From positions 896,001 through 960,000 of the forward strand of contig CAXXKM010000001.1 of the NCBI GenBank assembly GCA_963664435.2: a DNA stretch of 64,000 nt. Direction: 5' to 3'. Origin of the DNA: Longimicrobiales bacterium (lineage in GTDB: Bacteria > Gemmatimonadota > Gemmatimonadetes > Longimicrobiales > Gaopeijiaceae). Every line of letters starts with the position of its first letter. The stretch's first letter is position 1. Below the pieces are notes generated by a model. That model was not told the DNA's origin. It searched no databases and worked only from the letters and a program-made list of their open reading frames with translations. The position numbers and the translations under genes were made by a program. Below, in pieces: positions 17,963-25,632 of the stretch.

Positions 17963-18826
17963 ATGGAGTCGAAACAACTGGTCTGCATGCTGTATTGCAG
18001 CGACGGCGAACTGAGGGACCGACTGGAGCGCGTGCTCGCCGGCGTCGCAGTTCAGCGAGTGCGTTCGAGAGAGGCACTCCTGGCGCCGCCCGCGATCGTT
18101 TGCGCGACGGTATACGGAACCACCACCTGCTCCGATGACGAAGTCGAGTGGTTGCGGTCGGCCTTCAGGCCTCTGAGCCCGCCATGCGTCGTGGTGGCTG
18201 ACCTCTCCGTAGACTGCCTGCGACGACTGGACCCACTCCGCTCCTGCAGGCTGAAGGTCGTGTGGACCGCCGAGGCCGAGGACCGCCTCGGTGAAGTCCT
18301 CGGGGAGTTCGGCAGGGTGAGTTGGGGTCCGATGTGGCGTCTCGGCCTGGGGCTGGTGTCGGAGCCTTCCCTGAAGCCTTTCGTAAAGGAGACGATCCGC
18401 CGGGCGTGCGGCCTGCGCAACGATCCCGCCGGCACTCCGTTCGTCCCCGAGAAGTCCGTCGGAAAGCTGGCGCGCGAGGTCGGCGTCGCCACGTCGACGC
18501 TTCGGCTTTGCTGGAGGGAGGAAGTTCCGCTCCGGTGCAGCCTCAAGGAATTCCTGAGCTGGGCGGTCACCCTCTGGGGCACGCGCGCGCGTGCACTTGA
18601 GGAATGGACTCCCCTCGCCAAACGGCTGGGACTCCAGCGCCGCTCGCTCGAGAGAAACTTCCTTCGGACGGCCGGATGTACCCTCGCCGAGGCGGCCGAG
18701 GACTCGGAGCGGGTGGTCGGGCGATTCAATGAGTGGGTCGATTCCGTGTGGGAGCCCCACTCCGGCGACGGGTCCGGGGCGTATGATCGGGTTCCGACGC
18801 AGGCGCCCCGCGAGGAGATGCCTTGA
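17963..18826 (+). CDS. Divergent AraC-like double-HTH regulator with a degenerate receiver-like N-terminus
   Basis: HTH1 'SVGKLAREVGVATSTLRLCW' and HTH2 'WTPLAKRLGLQRRSLERNFLRTAGCT' with an AraC-like F-x-R-x-x-G-x-T ending. Start 17963 or 17900. Confidence 0.65.
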   Translation: MESKQLVCMLYCSDGELRDRLERVLAGVAVQRVRSREALLAPPAIVCATVYGTTTCSDDEVEWLRSAFRPLSPPCVVVADLSVDCLRRLDPLRSCRLKVVWTAEAEDRLGEVLGEFGRVSWGPMWRLGLGLVSEPSLKPFVKETIRRACGLRNDPAGTPFVPEKSVGKLAREVGVATSTLRLCWREEVPLRCSLKEFLSWAVTLWGTRARALEEWTPLAKRLGLQRRSLERNFLRTAGCTLAEAAEDSERVVGRFNEWVDSVWEPHSGDGSGAYDRVPTQAPREEMP

Positions 18827-19869
18827 CGGTGGCCGGATCGACCGCCCGGCGTTACGTCGGGTGGCGGTGCAGGCTCTACCCGAGCCCCGCGCAGGATGAA
18901 GCGCTGCTCCGGTGCAGGAACGGCCTGCGCGAACTCGCCAACGCCCTGCTCGCCACCTCCCAGCTCAGGTACGGGGAGACCGGACGGCGCCTGTCCCTGA
19001 TCGAGATGCGCGCCTTCGCGCGGGACTGGAAGCGGCAGCCGAAGCACCGGGAATTCCCCGCCAGCGCCAGCTACCGCGTCGCCGCCGATCTCGACCGGAC
19101 CTTCCGCACCTGGTTCAGCAGGCCGGGAAAACGCGGGCGCAGAGGATTTCCCCGGATCAAGAGCATCGGACGGGAGCCCGGCATCTACTTCAGCAACCAG
19201 GGGATCCGCTTCGACGGCAGCCGGGTGTGGCTGCCCAGGTTCGGGTCCGTGCGCTGGAAGGGCGGAAAGCTGCCCTCGGGGAGGCTGCCGGGTCCGTCCG
19301 GACGCAAGACCCTCGGTCTGCTCTCGGGGCGGGCCTGGCTCGATGCGGGAAACCGGTGGATGCTGTCGTGCCTGTTCGAGTGCGCGCCGCTCACCCCCGT
19401 CGAACCGAGAACGGAGAAGGCGGCAGTCCGTCAGAACGGCCGCGAAATCAGTGTGTCGGTGGACGGGGAGGCCCTCCACGTGATCCGCGAGAGCAGGACG
19501 CTCAGGAACGCGAGGCGCCGCCTGGCAAGGCTCGAGCGGCGGCTGGAGCGATGCGAATTCGGGTCAGAAGGCCGAAAGCGCACCCTTGCCCTCATGCGCA
19601 ACCAGGCACGCAGGGTTCGGAACCACCAGGCGGATCTGCAGCACAAGGCCACGACCGGCGTCGTGCATGAGGCCCGCGAGATCGAAGTGGAAGGCGCGAG
19701 CAGCGAACTGCTGCGTCAGCTCGAATACAAGGCGGAGTGGCACCGCCGCCGACTGAAGGTACGGCGAGGCCCGCCGGAACCGGGGACTGGCAAGCCCCGA
19801 CGCGCGCGGAGACCGGGGAGCCGGTCGCAGAAACGCGAATCGCGGACGCGAAGGCCGAAAGCTCTGTAG
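18823..19869 (+). CDS. tnpB: Nuclease-dead, C-terminally truncated TnpB (IS200/IS605 OrfB) derivative, TldR-like
   Basis: TnpB hallmarks: 'RLYPSPAQ', 'GFPRIKS', 'VWLPRFGSVRW', 'RWMLS', 'RLARLERRL', 'DLQHKATT' and 'LLRQLEYKAEW'. RuvC-I 'GIDLG' is replaced by 'AVRQNG'; no CxxC Zn finger or 'DRDxNAA'. TTG start with GAGGAG RBS overlaps the upstream TGA. Confidence 0.85.
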   Translation: MTVAGSTARRYVGWRCRLYPSPAQDEALLRCRNGLRELANALLATSQLRYGETGRRLSLIEMRAFARDWKRQPKHREFPASASYRVAADLDRTFRTWFSRPGKRGRRGFPRIKSIGREPGIYFSNQGIRFDGSRVWLPRFGSVRWKGGKLPSGRLPGPSGRKTLGLLSGRAWLDAGNRWMLSCLFECAPLTPVEPRTEKAAVRQNGREISVSVDGEALHVIRESRTLRNARRRLARLERRLERCEFGSEGRKRTLALMRNQARRVRNHQADLQHKATTGVVHEAREIEVEGASSELLRQLEYKAEWHRRRLKVRRGPPEPGTGKPRRARRPGSRSQKRESRTRRPKAL

Positions 19870-19890
19870 CCGTCTGCGAAGGCCGGAACG
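19760..19890 (+). ncRNA. Putative TnpB omega-RNA (reRNA) scaffold overlapping the 3' end of the dTnpB ORF; guide expected just downstream
   Basis: Paired elements: CGGCG/CGCCG (19762-76), CGGGG/CCCCG (19781-99), ACG-CGCG-C-GGAGA...GAAA-CGCG-AA (19800-39) enclosing GACCGG/CCGGTC, and terminal stem TCGCGGACG/CGTCTGCGA (19840-79). The layout matches IS605-type omega-RNAs as I recall them. Boundaries are approximate. Confidence 0.65.
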
Positions 19891-20312
19891 AATCAGGGAG
19901 CAGGACCTCGCCAGGTACGGGACAGCAGGTGATATCTGATCCGTGAGCGATAATATCGGCAACTATGATGATATCATGGAGACAGAGAGAGTCGAGGCAA
20001 CACCGGCCCCCACGCAAGAGGTAGCCGATTGCACTGCGATCTATCAGTTATATTTCAAGGTAGTATGCTGATATTGGGATGATAACGCGGATGCATGCAC
20101 CCTGAAGCTCCATCCGCAGTCCCCAGGCCGCTTTGTACGCTCAATCCACACTTCCACCGCGAACCCTGCCGAGACTAGGGGAGGTGCCCTTGAATCCCGG
20201 TCGACAATTTATGACGTTTGGATGATAGTTCGGGTGCATTTGCGATGTTTTGGCGATCACTGGTTGTGCCCGAGGACGCGACGCCGGGCGAGGATCCGGG
20301 GAGGACGGGCCG

Positions 20313-22676
20313 GTGACTAAGCACCCGGACGCGTTGAGAATAGAGGCGCTGCAGGAGCGCGTCTCGAGGCTGTGCGGCGCAATCCTGCGCATCAACGCGA
20401 GCCTGGATCTTGAGACGGTCCTGCAGGAAGTCGTAGACAGCGCCCGGGCCCTGACCGGCGCCCGCTATGGCCTGATTGCGACCGTCGACGACGCGGGCGA
20501 ACCCGGGCCGTACCTCGTCTCCGGCCTGACGCCGGAGCAGCTGCGGCAGCTTCAGGAGTGGGAGGACGGGCTCCGGGTCTTCGAGCACTTCCGGGACCTT
20601 CCGGGTGCGGTGCGGATCGGAGACCTGTCGACCTGGCTCCGTTCGCTCGGTTTCTCGCCGGTCGCGCTTCCATCGAAGACGCTGCAGGGCACGCCGATCC
20701 GTCATCGGGGCATCTACGCCGGAAGTTTCTTTATCGGCGGAAAGGACGGGGAAGGCGAGTTCACCCGCGAGGACGAAGAGGTTCTCGTCCTGCTGGCGTC
20801 GCAGGCAGCGACGGCGATCGCCAATGCCCGCAACTTCCGGGACGAACAGCGGGCGCGGGCGAAGGTGGAGACCCTCGTCGACACGTCGCCGGTCGGCGTG
20901 GTGGTCCTGGACGCCAGAACCGGAAGTCTGGTGTCGATCAACCGGGAGGCGAAGCGGATCGTCCGAGGCCTGCGGATGCCGGACGGGTCAACGATGGAGC
21001 TTCTGGAATTGGTTACGTGCCGGCGCGGCGACGGGCGCGAGTTCGCCTTGAAGGAATACCCGCTGGCGCGCGAGCTGAGCAGCGCCGAGACGCTGCGTGC
21101 CGAGGAGATCGAACTTTCGGTCCCCGATGGACGCAGCGTTAAGACGCTGATAAACGTGACGCCGATCCATGAGCCCGACGGTCGCGTCGAGTCCGTTGTG
21201 GTCACCATGCAGGATATGGCGCCGTTTGAGGAGCTCGAGCGAATGCGGACCGAGTTCCTCGGGATCGTGAGTCACGAGTTGCGCGCGCCGCTTGCCGCCA
21301 TCAAGGGCTCGGCGGCCACAGTGCTCGCCGGCTCCGGGCGCGTCGCTCGTGCCGAGATGCTGCAGTTCTTCCGCATCATCGACGAGCACGCCGACAACAT
21401 GAGCGTTTTGATGGGCGACCTGCTCGATGCGGGACGCATCGCGACGGGCACATTGTCCATCTCGCCCGAGCCCTCGGATGTCGGGGCGCTGATCGACCAG
21501 GCGCGGACCACCTTCCTGAACGCCGGCGGCCGACACAGCGTGCGGGTCGACCTGCCTCCGGACCTGCCGAAGGTGATGGTCGACCGGCAGCGCATCGTAC
21601 AGGTCCTCAACAACCTCCTCTCCAACGCGGCGAGATACTCCCGGACGTCGTCGCCCATAGAGGTCAACGCGCGGCTCGATGGCGTCCATGTCTCGATCAC
21701 GGTATCCGACCATGGCAGAGGCATCGCGCCCGAGCGGCTGGCGCACTTGTTCGCCAAGCGGGCCGGCGCGGGCGAGGGCACGCGCGGTCTGGCGACGGGC
21801 CTGGGCCTCGCCATCTGCAAGGGACTGGTAGAGGCGCACGGGGGCCGCATCCGGGCTCGGAGCGAAGGAGAGGGTCGAGGGGCGCGATTCACGTTCACCG
21901 TCCCTACCGCCGAAGAGGTCGGCGGCGACATCGCGGCTTCGGATTCCTCCTCGCAGGAACGCTCCCGTCCAGGTCCGGACGCGACGCGCATCCTGGTGGT
22001 GGACGACGACCCGCGGACGCTGCTCTACATCCGCGATACGCTCACCACGGCGGGGTATACCGTACTCGAGACGGGCGAGCCTCCGGAACTGGCGCGGGTC
22101 ATTCGCGCGGAGAAGCCCCACCTGGTCCTGCTCGACCTGATGTTGCCCGGGACCGACGGCATCAAGCTGATGCAACAGGTTCCCGACCTGGCCGACATGC
22201 CGGTCATCTTCATCTCCGCCTACGGGCGGGACGAGACGATCGCAAAGGCCCTCGACGCCGGGGCCGCCGATTACATCGTCAAGCCGTTTTCGGCGACGGA
22301 GTTGACGGCGAGGATCCGGGCGGCGCTGCGCAGGCACGCCGAGCCCGCATCCTTCATGCTGAGTGGGCTGGCCATCGACTACGATCGCCGCCAGGTGACG
22401 CTCGGCGGCCAGCCGCTGGAGCTCACCGCCACCGAATACGAGCTGCTGCGGGTGCTCTCGGCCAACGCCGGGCGCGTGCTGACGTACCGCGCGCTGCTGC
22501 GCAAGGCCTGGGACACCCGCTACCGGAGCTCCGTCGACCCGAAGCTGGTGCATGCCGTTGTGAGGAGGCTCCGCCACAAACTGGGCGAGGACGGCGCTCG
22601 GCCGACCTACATTCTCAACGAGCGAAGGGTAGGCTACCGGATGCCCGCGCCGGACGACCGCGCGAGCGAGCCGTGA
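20313..22676 (+). CDS. Soluble hybrid sensor kinase/response regulator (GAF-PAS-HisKA-HATPase-REC-OmpR winged helix)
   Basis: H-box 'SHELRAPL', N-box 'NNLLSNAARYS', G2 'GLGLAICK', REC 'VVDDD...LLDLMLPG...KPF' and wHTH 'LTATEYELL...RVGY'. GTG start with a GGAGG RBS. Confidence 0.9.
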   Translation: MTKHPDALRIEALQERVSRLCGAILRINASLDLETVLQEVVDSARALTGARYGLIATVDDAGEPGPYLVSGLTPEQLRQLQEWEDGLRVFEHFRDLPGAVRIGDLSTWLRSLGFSPVALPSKTLQGTPIRHRGIYAGSFFIGGKDGEGEFTREDEEVLVLLASQAATAIANARNFRDEQRARAKVETLVDTSPVGVVVLDARTGSLVSINREAKRIVRGLRMPDGSTMELLELVTCRRGDGREFALKEYPLARELSSAETLRAEEIELSVPDGRSVKTLINVTPIHEPDGRVESVVVTMQDMAPFEELERMRTEFLGIVSHELRAPLAAIKGSAATVLAGSGRVARAEMLQFFRIIDEHADNMSVLMGDLLDAGRIATGTLSISPEPSDVGALIDQARTTFLNAGGRHSVRVDLPPDLPKVMVDRQRIVQVLNNLLSNAARYSRTSSPIEVNARLDGVHVSITVSDHGRGIAPERLAHLFAKRAGAGEGTRGLATGLGLAICKGLVEAHGGRIRARSEGEGRGARFTFTVPTAEEVGGDIAASDSSSQERSRPGPDATRILVVDDDPRTLLYIRDTLTTAGYTVLETGEPPELARVIRAEKPHLVLLDLMLPGTDGIKLMQQVPDLADMPVIFISAYGRDETIAKALDAGAADYIVKPFSATELTARIRAALRRHAEPASFMLSGLAIDYDRRQVTLGGQPLELTATEYELLRVLSANAGRVLTYRALLRKAWDTRYRSSVDPKLVHAVVRRLRHKLGEDGARPTYILNERRVGYRMPAPDDRASEP

Positions 22677-22749
22677 TCCGCCGGCACCGGCCATCTCCCC
22701 TCGCACAGTCCACCCGGCCCCGCCGTGTGCCGTGTGCCGCGAGCATCAT

Positions 22750-25632
22750 CTACCAGCTGTAGCCCAGCCGCGTGTAGTAGAAGCCGCCGTTGAAGCCGAA
22801 CGGCGTGAACTGGCCGAAGCGGTTACCGACCCCGGCCGCGGCGCCCGGATACTCCTCCGGATAGGTGTTGAGCACGTTCTGGGCGCCGGCCGTGAGCGTC
22901 CAGCGGTGGGCGAGCTTCCGGGACGCCTCCACATCGAAGAGGACTCGGGACGGGTAGTCGATGGTGTCGGAGGGATCCGATTCGTAGTAGGGCTGCTCGC
23001 CGTCGAAGTAGCCGCCCCAGTAGCTGGCGCGCGCCAGGAAGCGGGATCCGCCGGCGAAGACGTGATTCATCGCGAGGTTGCCGCGCACGCCGGGGAGCCC
23101 TTCCTCGAGAATCCGGATCCGGTGCGCGGTGAGGGTCTCTTCGTTGAAATCCGTCACGGCGGTCCGGGTCCAGTTCCACGCGCTGCTGAAGGTTGTCGTG
23201 GAACCGCCCCCTCCGCGCACATCATACGCGCCGACCAGGTCGACGCCGTCCGTCCGGGTCGCGAAGTCGTTGATGAAGAACCGGAAGCGTGCGAGTACCC
23301 CGCCGGGCCGAATGATGTCCTGGGCGATGAGCTGCTCGATCTCCGCCGAGGTGAGCTCCCGGTCGGCGCTGGTCGTCAGGCGGTCCGAAACCCGGATCTG
23401 GAAGAAGTCCAGCGAAAGCCGGAAGGGACCATCGTCGTACACCGTCCCCAGGGCCAGGTTGACGGACTTCTCCGGCTTGAGCGGCTCGCCCCCGAATCTC
23501 TCCGCCAGCGGTGACGTCGACGGGATCGTGCCGTTGTTGGTCAGGTCCATGATCGCGGGATCGTAGATCGTCGAGATGTTGAACGCGTTCTGCTGTCCCG
23601 GCGAGGGGGCTCGGAAGCCGGTGCTGAGGCTGCCGCGCAGCCCCAGGGTCTCCGACGCGCTCACGCGTCCCGCGACCTTCCCGTTGACCGTCGTCCCGAA
23701 GTCCGAGAAGCGCTCGACGCGCCCCGCCGCGCCGAACGTCCAGGCGCCCTCGGGCTCACGGAGCTCCATGTCGCCATAGGCGGCGAAGTTGCTCCGGTTC
23801 CAGACGCCCTCGGTAAGGGGTCCGAACCCGGTGAACCCGTTGGAGCCGGGGGTGAAGCCCTGCGTCGCCAGCGGACCCTCGATCGACGACTCCGTGCTGC
23901 CCTGGACGATCTCGAAGCGCTCGTTGCGCCACTCGGCGCCGCCGGCGAGGCTGGTCCGCTCGTTGAACGCGTAGGACAGGTCCACGTTGAAGTTGATCTC
24001 CTGCTGGTCGTAGATGCCCGGGTTGAACCAGGGGGTGCAGGGTTGATCCGGCACGACGAACGAGATCTCTCGGCCCGCGTCGGCGCAGGGCTGGTCCGGT
24101 CCCAGGGACGCGTTCACCGTGTTGTACATGTAGAAGTCGAGGTTGGATCTGCCCCAGGACGCGCTCGCGTCCCAGTTCAGGTCGCCGCCGGCGCCCTTCA
24201 GCCCGGCCACCGCGGATGCGTCCAGGAGGTAGGAGCCGAACTGCGGCGTGAATCCCCCGGGGAAGAGCTCGCGGAAGGTGAAGCAGTCGGGATCGGCCAT
24301 GACTTGGTTGAACGCGCCCTGGTCGAGCACGACTCCGTCATCGTCGACCCGCACTTCCGGGCAGCCCGCCGAGCCGTCGAGCACGCCGTCCCGCGCATCG
24401 AGCATGTCGCCGATCAGGAGGACCTGCTGGTCGTCGGCGTTCCTCGTTCCGAACACCCCGCTGCGCGTGCCCGGGTTGCGGTAGTAGAAGCCGCCCTCCA
24501 CCTGCTTGCTCACGTAATTGCCGTGGGAATAGAGTTGCATGTCGTCGTTGAACAGGTACCCCATGTTCGCCCACAGCTTGAGCTCGTTGGAGACCTGCGG
24601 CGCGCCCCAGATCTGCGCCGGCGCCCGGACGCTCGAGTTGCCGGACGCGAGCAACGCCAGGGCGTCGGTGCGCTGCGTGCTGCGATCGGTGGGATTGGCG
24701 TTGCCGTACTCGCCGGTCAGGTTCAGGAAGCCCGTCTCTCCGAGCGGCAGGCCCACGTTGCCGGACAGGGTGTACGCCTCCCCATCTCCGGGGAACGTGC
24801 CGTCCTCGAACGGCTCGCTGGTCTTCCCCAGGGCGTACCCGCCGGTCTTGAAGTCGATGGAGCCGCCGGAGCGATCGTTCCTGAGGACGAAGTTGACGAC
24901 GCCCGCGATCGCGTCGGAGCCGTACTGGGCGGAGGCGCCGTCGCGCAGGACCTCTGCCTGCTGCAGCACCAGCCCCGGGATGAGGGCGATATCCGGTCCC
25001 TGGGAGCCGTCGGAGAGGCCGTTGCCGTACCAGGTGATGACCGCGGCGCGGTGGCGCCGCTTGCCGTTGACGAGGACCAGCGTGTGGTCCGGGGCCAGGC
25101 CGCGGAGGTTCGCGGGCCGCACGAAGGTGGCCGCATCGCTGATCGGCTGAATGTTCACGTTGAAGGACGGCACCACGTTGCGCAGCAGGTTGGCGAAGTC
25201 GGTATCGCCCTGCTGCAGGATCTCGGGGGCCGGAATCACGTCGACGGGCACCGGAGACTCCGTGATGGTGCGGGGGCGCGCGCGGCTGCCGACCGCGACC
25301 ACGCCCTCGAGCACGAGCACCGTCTCGGTGAGCACCACGTTCAGCGTGGTGGGCTGGCCGTCCGCGATGGTCACCTGCCGCCGTTCGGTCTCGTAGCCGA
25401 TCAGCACCACCACCACTTCATGGACGCCCGGCGGGATGGGCTCGATCCGATAGCTGCCGTCGGAACCGGTCAGCGCGCCGATGCCCAGGCCTCCCAGGCT
25501 GACCTGTGCTCCCGCGATGACGCCACCCTCGGCCGCCAGGGTGACCGTTCCCCGCAGGGTGCCCTGCGCGGCGGCCGGACCCGCGTGCGCGAGGGCCAGG
25601 AACAGAGCGGCGGCGGCGGCTCTTCTCACCAT
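22750..25632 (-). CDS. TonB-dependent receptor with an N-terminal carboxypeptidase-regulatory-like domain
   Basis: Plug motifs 'LRGLAPDHTLVLVNGKRRH' and 'EVLRDGASAQYGSDAIAGVVN'. C-terminus 'PFGFNGGFYYTRLGYSW'. Confidence 0.93.
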   Translation of the reverse strand: MVRRAAAAALFLALAHAGPAAAQGTLRGTVTLAAEGGVIAGAQVSLGGLGIGALTGSDGSYRIEPIPPGVHEVVVVLIGYETERRQVTIADGQPTTLNVVLTETVLVLEGVVAVGSRARPRTITESPVPVDVIPAPEILQQGDTDFANLLRNVVPSFNVNIQPISDAATFVRPANLRGLAPDHTLVLVNGKRRHRAAVITWYGNGLSDGSQGPDIALIPGLVLQQAEVLRDGASAQYGSDAIAGVVNFVLRNDRSGGSIDFKTGGYALGKTSEPFEDGTFPGDGEAYTLSGNVGLPLGETGFLNLTGEYGNANPTDRSTQRTDALALLASGNSSVRAPAQIWGAPQVSNELKLWANMGYLFNDDMQLYSHGNYVSKQVEGGFYYRNPGTRSGVFGTRNADDQQVLLIGDMLDARDGVLDGSAGCPEVRVDDDGVVLDQGAFNQVMADPDCFTFRELFPGGFTPQFGSYLLDASAVAGLKGAGGDLNWDASASWGRSNLDFYMYNTVNASLGPDQPCADAGREISFVVPDQPCTPWFNPGIYDQQEINFNVDLSYAFNERTSLAGGAEWRNERFEIVQGSTESSIEGPLATQGFTPGSNGFTGFGPLTEGVWNRSNFAAYGDMELREPEGAWTFGAAGRVERFSDFGTTVNGKVAGRVSASETLGLRGSLSTGFRAPSPGQQNAFNISTIYDPAIMDLTNNGTIPSTSPLAERFGGEPLKPEKSVNLALGTVYDDGPFRLSLDFFQIRVSDRLTTSADRELTSAEIEQLIAQDIIRPGGVLARFRFFINDFATRTDGVDLVGAYDVRGGGGSTTTFSSAWNWTRTAVTDFNEETLTAHRIRILEEGLPGVRGNLAMNHVFAGGSRFLARASYWGGYFDGEQPYYESDPSDTIDYPSRVLFDVEASRKLAHRWTLTAGAQNVLNTYPEEYPGAAAGVGNRFGQFTPFGFNGGFYYTRLGYSW

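Noticed and set aside
18823..19869. Active IS605/IS1341 transposon or active Cas12f/TnpB nuclease
   Set aside because: There is no tnpA, the start overlaps the upstream gene leaving no left end, the RuvC-I Asp and RuvC-III/Zn finger are missing, and no CRISPR array or cas genes are present.
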